Shown in pieces: positions 18,731 through 26,846 of a DNA stretch of 64,000 nucleotides. This stretch comes from Patescibacteria group bacterium (lineage in GTDB: Bacteria > Patescibacteriota > Patescibacteriia > Veblenbacterales > UBA10138). Numbering within the stretch: position 1 is the first letter of the stretch; every line of letters starts with the position of its first letter. Both the position numbers and the translations under genes were made by a program. The notes under the pieces were generated by a model, which saw only the letters and a program-made list of their open reading frames with translations, was not told the DNA's origin and did no database searches. The stretch is from NCBI GenBank assembly GCA_041648575.1, contig JBAZOT010000002.1:34038-98037 (forward strand), written 5' to 3'.

Positions 18731-19100
18731 GAGGCAGGGGACTCGGAGTTGCGAAGGCCGTCCCCTACCCCTAACAACTCCACCCCTGCCACGCTATTTT
18801 ATAACGCCTATTCAGCCAAACAAACTTGCTATGCCAAGCGGCCGACACACGCAAGTTCTTGTTGCTTCACTACGGCGTTATTAATAAAAAACTGCCAGCA
18901 TTGCGAAAGGTCAGCTCACGGTGCGGTACCTGAGCGAACGTTAAACTGGCGCGTGTTTTGTCCTTGTAGCATAGCGCCAGTAGTGAGCGAAGGTGGCACT
19001 GTCTGACCTGAAGCACTAGCTGGCGATTCTTTCTGCCATTTCTTTTAAAGAAATGGCAAAGAGTGTTTCTTAAAAAAGGTAACAAAGTACTTTTAATAAA
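18731..19100 (+). ncRNA. Candidate structured non-coding element, copy A; homologous ends and hairpin covariation with copy B at 42203..42470
   Basis: The 5' ~75 nt and 3' ~40 nt are conserved with copy B. A 5' hairpin and an 11-bp 3' hairpin are kept by compensatory substitutions. The 85- and 109-aa ORFs inside have no protein-like features. Strand is not determined. Confidence 0.35.
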
Positions 19101-19134
19101 TGCCAAAAAATAATAAAAATGATAATATAAAAAA

Positions 19135-19878
19135 GTGTTAACTAATACCAAAACATACCAAACAATTAAAACTGGCTGGCAATTTATTTTAGATGCCATT
19201 TTCCCTACTTTTTGCTTAGCCTGCGACCAAGAAGGTCGCGGCTGGTGCTGTGATAAATGCTGGCTAAATATTTCTTTTAACCGAAGTTTATTTTGCCCAG
19301 CTTGCGACCAACAACAAATTTTAGGTAAATTTTGCGATAATTGTAAAAAAGATCAATCACTGACTGGGCTTTGGACAGCGCAAAATTATAGCCAGCCAAC
19401 TATCCGCGCCCTGATTCATGGTTTAAAATACAAAGGCATTACTGAAATTGCACCCCGTTTAGCAGATTTATTAACTATCACTTTAAAAATATTTTCCTTG
19501 CCACCAGCTTGGCACCCAACACCACGCCAACAATGGATTTTGTGTCCCGTTCCTTTAACAGGCAGACGCGAGCGTGAACGAGGTTTTAATCAAGCAGAAC
19601 TGTTGACTCAATTAGTAGTTGAACAAAATAATCTGCTTGGTAAAAATTTATTAATCAGAACCAAATTCAAAAAACCGCAAGTTGATTTACCAACGAGCGA
19701 GCGACACCAAAATGTAGAAAATGCTTTTACTATCTCCAAAGATGCCTCAATTAAAGACCAAACCATTATTTTAGTAGATGATGTTTATACTTCGGGCTCA
19801 ACTATGGAGGCCTGTGCTAAAGTATTAAAATTGTCTGGCGCACGGGAAATTTGGGGATTAGTAGTAGCTAAAGGATAA
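19135..19878 (+). CDS. comFC: ComF family protein (ComFC-like phosphoribosyltransferase with N-terminal double Cys zinc finger)
   Basis: CxxC…CxxC pairs at the N-terminus. PRTase motif IILVDDVYTSGSTM at the C-terminus. Confidence 0.75.
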   Translation: MLTNTKTYQTIKTGWQFILDAIFPTFCLACDQEGRGWCCDKCWLNISFNRSLFCPACDQQQILGKFCDNCKKDQSLTGLWTAQNYSQPTIRALIHGLKYKGITEIAPRLADLLTITLKIFSLPPAWHPTPRQQWILCPVPLTGRRERERGFNQAELLTQLVVEQNNLLGKNLLIRTKFKKPQVDLPTSERHQNVENAFTISKDASIKDQTIILVDDVYTSGSTMEACAKVLKLSGAREIWGLVVAKG

Positions 19879-19978
19879 AATAGTGTTATCAGAGTTGTAA
19901 TGTTATAATATTGTAGTAACTCGCTGTTCTTGACAAAAAAATTATTTAAGATAGAATTATTGGGATCTTTATATTAAT

Positions 19979-20184
19979 GGAGGCGTGCCCGAGTCCCCGA
20001 ACTAGAACATAGTTCAGTACGGGGCATGGGTTGAAGGGGACGGTCTTATCACCCTACGGGTGATCTCCCGAAGGGAGAAAAACATTTACAAAATTCACGG
20101 TGGGGTCGCATAGTGGTTTAGTGCACCGGTCTTGTCACCCTACAGGTGATCTCCCGAAGGGAGAAAAACATTCACAAAATTCAC
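19979..20184 (+). repeat. Array of tRNA 5'-half fragments, each fused to a conserved ~55-nt two-hairpin element; 86-bp tandem period (units at 20042 and 20128)
   Basis: Fragment X1 (19979..~20045) resembles the tRNA-Ser(TGA) 5' half through the anticodon loop, with a 30-nt hairpin inserted in the D-loop. Fragment X2 (20099..~20130) is a type-I tRNA 5' half. Each is followed by (a/g)tcaccctac(g/a)ggtgatctcccgaagggagaaaaacatt(t/c)acaaaattcacgg. No matching 3' halves are present. Confidence 0.5.
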
Positions 20185-20275
20185 GGTGGGGTGGCCGAGC
20201 GGTTGAAGGCGACAGTCTTGAAAACTGTTATACCTCAAAAAGGTATCGCGAGTTCGAATCTCGCCCCCACCGCCA
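20185..20275 (+). tRNA. tRNA-Ser (anticodon TGA), class II with long variable arm, CCA encoded
   Basis: Acceptor stem ggtgggg/ccccacc. Anticodon stem acagt/actgt with loop cttgaaa. T-arm gagttcgaatctc. 3' terminal gcca. Confidence 0.88.
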
Positions 20276-20288
20276 AAAATAAAGATAT

Positions 20289-20378
20289 GGAGAGGTGGCT
20301 GAGCGGTCTAAAGCAACAGGTTGCTAACCTGTGACCCTTTACCGGGTCCCGTGGGTTCGAATCCCACCCTCTCCGCCA
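20289..20378 (+). tRNA. tRNA-Ser (anticodon GCT), class II, CCA encoded
   Basis: Acceptor stem ggagagg/cctctcc. Anticodon stem acagg/cctgt with loop ttgctaa. T-arm gggttcgaatccc. 3' gcca. Confidence 0.88.
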
Positions 20379-20459
20379 TAACAACTTTTTATCGGACAAA
20401 GACCCAGCTACTTCGGCTGGGTCTTACCGTAGATCATATTTACGCCTACTATATAACAT

Positions 20460-21545
20460 ATGGAAAACTTAAGCGAGTCGGTCCAAGAATTTAAAGAGAA
20501 GTACGAGAAAATTGCTCAGAACACCAAGCGCCATCACTGGGTTCCGCAATTTTACTTAAAATTTTTTGCAGCAAACGAAGGCGGCGATCAAATATACATG
20601 TATCAATCAGGAAATAATCCGCTATTGGTTGGTATTGCGAATATTGCCACAAGTAAAGATTTATACACTTTTGAGGAAAAAGATACTGGGCAGAAAACTA
20701 GGGTGATGGAGGGGGTGTTTGCTGAGCACGAGGGGGCTGTAGCCACAGTGCTTGCTGAGGTAATTAGGAGTGGAAATCTACCCACAACAGAAAGAGAACG
20801 TTCTGATATTGCCGCCTTCGTTTCCTTACTGCGGGTGCGGGGGCCATCATTTAATGAATGGCTTCAAAATATGGAGATTGAACATATTAAATTGTTCCAA
20901 CAAATCCAAACTGAACATGCGGATTCCCTTAGAGAGGAATTTAAAAAAGTAGGGGTAACTTTTTCATCTGATGAGGAGTTTGAAGAGATGAGAAAATTTA
21001 TGCATGATCCAAAAAATTATTCCATCAAGATGAGTGGGGGTGAAGGGCATTATTTTAAGCAAGCTATGGACTTGAGTAAGGATTTTTACCAAATTCTAAT
21101 GAGCAAAAAATCATGGCACTTACTTATTGCGCCACATAACCGTCATTTCATTACTTCAGACAATCCTGTCGTAATCCAGGAGCCAGTAGATTGCCCACCA
21201 CACGTAGCTGGAGGTGTTCTAAATGGTACTGTATTATTAACGATTGCACCGAAATTTTGCTTAGCATTTCGGAGAATGCCCCTTAACAGCCAAAATATCC
21301 TACTAACAAGGGAAAACGTAAATCACATTAACCGATCAATAGCTAGCGTCGCTCGTAGACAGATCTATAGTCACCTCAATTCGAAAGATTGGGCTATTCT
21401 ATGTAATGAGTATTTGACTGGCAATGAGAGCAAGGTGACCATAAAGAGGCTGGCACCATTTGCGCCATACTATATGGCACAAAGTGTCCCCCAACTCAAA
21501 GAAGCGGATGGTTTAAAAAATAATTCAGTATTACCACTTAAATAA
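20460..21545 (+). CDS. DUF4238-family protein (HHWVPQFYLKFF N-terminal signature); candidate antiphage effector of the Rst_DUF4238 type
   Basis: The N-terminal motif H-x-V/I-P-Q-F-Y-L-+-x-F is characteristic of DUF4238. 361 aa. Sits immediately 3' of the tRNA-Ser genes and the fragment array. Confidence 0.55.
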   Translation: MENLSESVQEFKEKYEKIAQNTKRHHWVPQFYLKFFAANEGGDQIYMYQSGNNPLLVGIANIATSKDLYTFEEKDTGQKTRVMEGVFAEHEGAVATVLAEVIRSGNLPTTERERSDIAAFVSLLRVRGPSFNEWLQNMEIEHIKLFQQIQTEHADSLREEFKKVGVTFSSDEEFEEMRKFMHDPKNYSIKMSGGEGHYFKQAMDLSKDFYQILMSKKSWHLLIAPHNRHFITSDNPVVIQEPVDCPPHVAGGVLNGTVLLTIAPKFCLAFRRMPLNSQNILLTRENVNHINRSIASVARRQIYSHLNSKDWAILCNEYLTGNESKVTIKRLAPFAPYYMAQSVPQLKEADGLKNNSVLPLK

Positions 21546-21580
21546 ACTGTGTTTAGGGGTATCTAATTCACTTTAAATTT

Positions 21581-22348
21581 ATGCCCACAAAAGAACAATT
21601 AGACTTTTTCCAATCATTATCTGAGCAAAAGAAAATTAGGAGAATTAAAAAAGCCCTTGAGAGTTTGATAAGTGTAAGTAAACGACAACTTTTCCTTTTA
21701 GACAAATATGAAAAATCGGCTCGACAAAAAGAAATGGGATTTGCTTATTTTTTTCGTACACTGAAGTATACGTGGGAGAATGTAGATTTTGCATTAGATT
21801 TAAGTAGAAACAGAAATAGGCGCTTTAATATATATCCAACCCGCCTGATTTGTGAAAACGTGTTTAGGCTAGAGTACTATATAAAACAAAAAAAGAAGGA
21901 ACAAAATGAAATCTGCCTTTGGGAAATGCTTCGGTTAATGAAGAGGTACTATGATGAATATGGCGACCTCTATTATAGGAATTCATATGAAGGAATGGTT
22001 AGAGATTTAGGGGAAAAAGGTACTACCTATCCAAATATTGATGATAAGACTGCATACCATGACCCGTTTCCTTCTATAGAGCAGTTGGTTACTAAGAGTA
22101 ATTTACCATCAACAAAAGGTTTTTATATTCATTATAGGTATTTATGTGAGGGGCACCATGGAAAATTATTAGCTATTTATATAGCTGACAACGAAATTGC
22201 CCAATGCAGGAGAAATCTACTTTTGATAGCTTTATTTTGTAAGTGGCTTTTACTTATCACTGATTCTCATATAGAGCATGCCACAAAAGAAATGGTGGCG
22301 GTTACAATAAAAAAGGCTGATGATATTATATTTTCCATTACAAATTAA
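21581..22348 (+). CDS. Hypothetical protein (255 aa), 35 nt downstream of the DUF4238 gene and probably co-transcribed
   Basis: No recognisable motif. Basic, Tyr/Arg-rich. Same strand as the DUF4238 gene with a short gap. Confidence 0.35.
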   Translation: MPTKEQLDFFQSLSEQKKIRRIKKALESLISVSKRQLFLLDKYEKSARQKEMGFAYFFRTLKYTWENVDFALDLSRNRNRRFNIYPTRLICENVFRLEYYIKQKKKEQNEICLWEMLRLMKRYYDEYGDLYYRNSYEGMVRDLGEKGTTYPNIDDKTAYHDPFPSIEQLVTKSNLPSTKGFYIHYRYLCEGHHGKLLAIYIADNEIAQCRRNLLLIALFCKWLLLITDSHIEHATKEMVAVTIKKADDIIFSITN

Positions 22349-22515
22349 GCTGACCCACGTGCTTAAAATTGCCCTCTATCCGAACGCTCAAAAATCCCTT
22401 ATAATACCTCTGAAACGGTGGTACTAGACCTACACACACCGCTAGAATAAATTATCAGATTGGCCTGTAGACAAAGGTTTTTTTGTTTAAGGAAGAAATT
22501 ATAAATCTAGATTAG

Positions 22516-22545
22516 TTGCCAAAACAAACAAATGCTTTCTATAAT
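22516..22545 (+). promoter_or_regulatory. Sigma70-like promoter (TTGCCA-18nt-TATAAT) ending 6 nt before the greA ATG, which would give a leaderless or near-leaderless transcript
   Basis: -35 TTGCCA at 22516 and -10 TATAAT at 22540, against the annotated ATG at 22552. Confidence 0.3.
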
Positions 22546-22551
22546 GATTAA

Positions 22552-23052
22552 ATGCAAACTCCTATCAGAAAAAGTGGCAAATACACTAATCTAAAATCAG
22601 ATCCTTACTTAACGCCTGATAAATTTAACGAACTTAAAAGCATATTAACTAAGCTTAAAAAAATTACCCGCCCAGCCGCCATGGCCGAAGTTAAAAGACT
22701 AGGCGAAATGGGTGATTTTTCGGAAAACGCCGCCTACTCTATAGCCAAAGGACGTTTAAGATATACAAATGAAAAAATTACTGCTTTACAAAATCATTTG
22801 GAAAACGCAGTTATAATAAAATCAATCAAAAATAAGGATACGGTTCAACTTGGACACAATGTTACTATTGAAAATAATGGCGATCAAAAAACCTATCTGA
22901 TACTAGGATCAATGGAAACTAATCCTCTAGAAAATATTATCTCGCTTCACTCCCCGCTAGGTCTGGCGCTGATAGGACACAAAGTTGGTGATAAAATAAA
23001 AATATCCCTAAAAAATAAAACGGTGGAATATAAAATAATCAATATAAAATGA
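22552..23052 (+). CDS. greA: Transcription elongation factor GreA
   Basis: GreA N-terminal coiled coil with conserved acidic tip (GDFSENAAY). C-terminal FKBP-like domain. Confidence 0.85.
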   Translation: MQTPIRKSGKYTNLKSDPYLTPDKFNELKSILTKLKKITRPAAMAEVKRLGEMGDFSENAAYSIAKGRLRYTNEKITALQNHLENAVIIKSIKNKDTVQLGHNVTIENNGDQKTYLILGSMETNPLENIISLHSPLGLALIGHKVGDKIKISLKNKTVEYKIINIK

Positions 23053-23238
23053 AACTCCACGCCCTTACGGACGTGGTTTCTTTATATTTCAAGCTTCGCT
23101 TGTCCAATAGTTTCTACTATTGGAAGTGCCACTTTATCCACGCCTTAACAGGCGTGGTTTTAGTTAAGGTATTGAAGGTATATAAAAACACTCCCGAATA
23201 ATTTCTCGAGAGTGTTACAGTTTGTGATGTTATTTTAA

Positions 23239-24429
23239 TTAAATCCGACGAGGTGCGTCAGCTGTCCAAGTGATAAAAATAGCAATAAAGGTATAGCCAC
23301 CGCCAAAAGGTAAAAGGAGAATTTTATCTCCAATTTTTAATGTGCCATCTTCCCAAGCTTTAGCTACACCTAGTGGCACAGCAGCGGAAGTGGTATTGCC
23401 AAATTGTTGAATAGTATTGTACATCAAACCTTTGTAACCGCGTTCCCTGAGATTGCTTTCAATATTATCATTAATCCGCAAATTAGCTTGGTGTGGAAAA
23501 ATAATATCAATATTATCCAAACTTATACCAGCCCGGTTAATTGCTTTACCCACCACTATATTATCAGCCGCCTCCTTCGGATTAGATAACAAATTAATGA
23601 CCTCTTTTAGCACCTTTTTGCCATCCTGCCAGAGCATATCCGGACGAAACTTAAATAAATCAGTTTCAGCCTCAACTAAATCTTCCAGGGTAAGTTGATT
23701 AGCTGAACCGCCGGCCCGAGCCATAATATTAAGAGCGCCAGCTGGTTCTGTGCCAGCAAAAAAGGATATCGCACCATACGGAAAAGAGGAATGAGCTGCT
23801 GACACAGACTCCAAAACAAAAGCAACCGCAGCATCACCTAATAATATGGAAAAATTGCGATTGGACATATCAACAGTACTACTCATCTTATCCGCACCAA
23901 CCACCACACCAAATTTATATAGACCACTTTTAATAAGCGAATAGCCCAGTAATAAACCAGCACCAAAACTGGTACAAGCAGAAGATACGTCAACTACTAA
24001 ACAATTTTTTAAGCCCAATTCATCACGCACTAAATTTCCACTGACATTGATTTTACCGACTACTAAAGCAGCGGTCGGGGGCGAATACCGATAATCGGGA
24101 CTAACGGTAGCTACAATAATGAATTCACACTCATCAATTTTACGGCCGCAACTACTGATACCTTTTTGTACTGCCTGTGCAGCCAAATCACTGGTTGACC
24201 CACTAGTAAAATAACGAGATTTGATACCAGTTCTGGACTCTATCCAGTCAGGGGTGGTTAAAAGTTCCTTAACTTCTTTTTCGGTAAGGTCGGTAGAACC
24301 AGAAATTCTAAACTTTTTTTGACGAACAGCTACCTCTATTATATCGGCCATAGTTTGGTTATCTATTTTCTTTTCGCCTAAACAATAACCAACACCGGTT
24401 ATACCAACATCAACCTCCATAATTTTCAT
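23239..24429 (-). CDS. Beta-ketoacyl-ACP synthase III (FabH)-like thiolase-fold condensing enzyme with ~60-aa N-terminal extension
   Basis: Cys-His-Asn triad contexts SSACTSFGAG, FPHQANLRI and GNTTSAAVPLG match KAS III. Confidence 0.65.
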   Translation of the reverse strand: MKIMEVDVGITGVGYCLGEKKIDNQTMADIIEVAVRQKKFRISGSTDLTEKEVKELLTTPDWIESRTGIKSRYFTSGSTSDLAAQAVQKGISSCGRKIDECEFIIVATVSPDYRYSPPTAALVVGKINVSGNLVRDELGLKNCLVVDVSSACTSFGAGLLLGYSLIKSGLYKFGVVVGADKMSSTVDMSNRNFSILLGDAAVAFVLESVSAAHSSFPYGAISFFAGTEPAGALNIMARAGGSANQLTLEDLVEAETDLFKFRPDMLWQDGKKVLKEVINLLSNPKEAADNIVVGKAINRAGISLDNIDIIFPHQANLRINDNIESNLRERGYKGLMYNTIQQFGNTTSAAVPLGVAKAWEDGTLKIGDKILLLPFGGGYTFIAIFITWTADAPRRI

Positions 24430-25002
24430 GATATTCTCCTTTATTTTATTAAGTTGCGATTTATCTATTATTTTATTTTGTAAGTTACTTATAGTTCAAA
24501 TATATTAATTTGTCAATCATATTCACCAAATATGATATTTTTATAATTTTACTATTTTTTACGAGACTGAAATAGGAACACTAAGATTAAAAAAAGAACT
24601 TTAGCAACCAATCAAAAAAATATTTTATGTTTTGAACATTCCATTCACCCTATGACACCAGCTATTATCTGGAAACAGGATTTATAACCAGCCCACCCGC
24701 TTGACCAAAAAATTATTATTTACAATCCTAAACGCGCAACCCAAGGTATAACCACTGCTATAATAAAATTTTTAGAGTAAACAAATTTAATTATAGCTTC
24801 ATCGTAATTCTAGTTCCAATATTTCTACTATATTTTTATTACTTCCCCCTAATGTTGCCGGACTTTAACTAACTCTATCTAAAAGGCAATAAAAAAATAT
24901 TTACTTATGTCCATAATACATACATTTGACTATCTTAACTCAAGTGTTAAAATCTAAGTCATAAGGTCGAAAAATAACTAATAATAATTAAGAAATAAAT
25001 CT

Positions 25003-25845
25003 ATGCTAAAAAAACATTTTATTTTTTCACTAATCTTAGCACTCATAATAACTTTGGTGCCGTTATTTTCTGCAACTCCTAGCCAAGCTGCACCTAATGT
25101 TGATTTGCCAGAACAAGCTGGAATTTATGATATACCAGGAAATCCTCATTTAAAATTAAGGGTATTTGTTCATGCGGCAAATAATCAAAACTATGGTAAA
25201 CCCACTAGTTCCAAGGGAAAACCAACGCCTCCACCGCCCTCTGAAACATGTCGCCCCACCAGTACGGCTGATCCTGATTCTTTGGCAGTTGTCGCGGGCG
25301 CCGGTTGGACATTGCCTTCTACTTGGACTTACAACTTAAATCTCGCTAGCATCCCAGCTACAATTGGTTCAACTAACTTAACTACTATTACTGATAATGC
25401 TTTTGATGTTTGGTTGAGTATACCTACAGTTAACCAAAGTGTAAATATTGTACGTGGTAATGATACTACTGTTGTCAAAGCACAATTTGATAGCAGCAAT
25501 ATTATTGCCTGGGGTAGAACTTCTGGCTCGGCTCTGGCTGTTTCATATATTTGGTACAATACGTTAACTCATGTTGCTACCGAAATTGATACTATTATGA
25601 ACAAAAGCTTTACTTGGTATTGGTCAAACCCTGCCAACTGGCCAGCTGGGCAAACTTGCGCCTACAGCGGCGTTTATGATGCTCAAAATATTCTCACACA
25701 TGAACTCGGACATACTATAGGGCTTGATGATGAATATACTAGTGCCTATATTAATAACACCATGTATGGCTATGGATCAACTGGTGAGACCAAGAAGAAT
25801 ACACTAACTACGGGAGATAAAACTGGCGTAGGAAATTTGTATTAA
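25003..25845 (+). CDS. Secreted zinc metalloprotease, metzincin-like (HELGHTIGLDDEY plus Met-turn NTMYGY)
   Basis: Signal peptide. HExxHxxGxxD zinc motif and a downstream Met-turn. Confidence 0.6.
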   Translation: MLKKHFIFSLILALIITLVPLFSATPSQAAPNVDLPEQAGIYDIPGNPHLKLRVFVHAANNQNYGKPTSSKGKPTPPPPSETCRPTSTADPDSLAVVAGAGWTLPSTWTYNLNLASIPATIGSTNLTTITDNAFDVWLSIPTVNQSVNIVRGNDTTVVKAQFDSSNIIAWGRTSGSALAVSYIWYNTLTHVATEIDTIMNKSFTWYWSNPANWPAGQTCAYSGVYDAQNILTHELGHTIGLDDEYTSAYINNTMYGYGSTGETKKNTLTTGDKTGVGNLY

Positions 25846-25862
25846 TAAATAGACTATCCGCT

Positions 25863-25892
25863 AAAACAGGGCTACAAACCCTGTTTTGTTTT
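25863..25892 (+). terminator. Rho-independent terminator (aaaacagggctacaaaccctgtttt + T-tract); near-identical copy at 32056..32086
   Basis: Perfect 9-bp stem, 6-nt loop and a T-run, immediately after the protease stop. Confidence 0.55.
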
Positions 25893-25928
25893 AAGGCTTT
25901 GTTAATAATGGGACTTACACGGTTAGGT

Positions 25929-26013
25929 GTCATTGCGAGCGCAAGCGAAGCAATCTCTGGTTGATGCTAGTGTTTTATTAAGATTACTTCGTCGCTTGAC
26001 TCCTCGCAATGAC
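25929..26013. repeat. Small palindromic repeat element bounded by inverted 11-mers gtcattgcgag / ctcgcaatgac, with internal cgaagcaatct motif
   Basis: Terminal inverted repeat. Related copies or fragments at 1384..1440, 2745..2817 (in-frame inside the T9SS C-terminal domain) and 15191..15235. Confidence 0.5.
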
Positions 26014-26217
26014 GCAGAGTAGGCCAAACGCGAAAGTCCTAAAATAAATTATTTTTAAAGAAATATATGTGAATTAAAACCTCCACCCCATCCCCTAGTG
26101 TTGCTGGGAGCGCTTGCCTGTTACCCAAAAATAGTAAACTAAACATAATTGATATAAAATAGTATAAGATGATAAGCTACATTAATTCGCTGCTGACTTA
26201 ATTTGAAAACTATCTAA

Positions 26218-26778
26218 ATGCTTAACGATTCTGATATTCAACTTATAACCAATTATTTAAAAAAAGATGATAAATCTTTAGAGATTTTGGTCAACCGCTA
26301 TTTAAAACCAATTTATGGCTTTGTTTATAGATTTACCAATAATCTTCAAGACACCGATGATATAACTCAAGAAGTTTTTGTAAAGATCTGGAAGAATTTA
26401 AAAAAATTTGACCAAACCAAAAATTTCAAAACCTGGCTTTTTACTATAGCCAAAAACACTGCCATTGACTGGCTGCGCCGTCACCAAGACATTTTATTCT
26501 CGGAATTAATAAAAACAGAAGACGGAGAAAGTTTAGAAGATAATATTATTGATGACGCTCCCCTGCCTTCAGAAATTTTTGAACACCAACATCTGGCCCA
26601 AGAGCTTAATTCAGCGGTGCATAAACTACCTGCTATTTATCAAACTGTCTTATCTTTATACTATCAGGAGGGGTTTACTTTTCAAGAAATTTCTGAAATC
26701 TTAGAAAAATCTGTAAATACTGTCAAAAGCCGGCACTGGCGGGCAATTAAAGCCTTGCGAAAAGAGATGCTTATCTAA
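26218..26778 (+). CDS. RNA polymerase sigma factor, ECF (sigma-70 family) type
   Basis: Region 2 (…DDITQEVFVKIWKNLKKFD…) and region 4 HTH (…FQEISEILEKSVNTVKSRHWRAIKALR…). Confidence 0.85.
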   Translation: MLNDSDIQLITNYLKKDDKSLEILVNRYLKPIYGFVYRFTNNLQDTDDITQEVFVKIWKNLKKFDQTKNFKTWLFTIAKNTAIDWLRRHQDILFSELIKTEDGESLEDNIIDDAPLPSEIFEHQHLAQELNSAVHKLPAIYQTVLSLYYQEGFTFQEISEILEKSVNTVKSRHWRAIKALRKEMLI

Positions 26779-26846
26779 AACGCACCCAAATCAGCAATCT
26801 ATACGTATTAATAAATAGAAGGACTTTTCTATTTATTTTTATACAT

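Noticed and set aside
18749-19199. 85-aa (+) and 109-aa (-) ORFs inside structured element A, and 42184..42390 (-) inside element B
   Set aside because: These ORFs lie in regions conserved at the nucleotide level, with hairpin covariation and a divergent middle. There is no RBS or protein-like composition. They are better explained as non-coding.
19979-20184. tRNA fragments considered as intron-containing or permuted tRNAs
   Set aside because: No complementary 3' acceptor strand or T-arm follows either fragment before the next unit begins, so they cannot fold into complete tRNAs.
20042-20213. 86-bp tandem repeat considered as a CRISPR array
   Set aside because: There are only about two units. 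The unit is far longer than CRISPR repeats. The units are tRNA-derived and there are no spacers. It is not CRISPR.
20100-20334. 60- and 62-aa ORFs overlapping the tRNA genes
   Set aside because: They overlap bona fide tRNA-Ser genes and the repeat array. Spurious.
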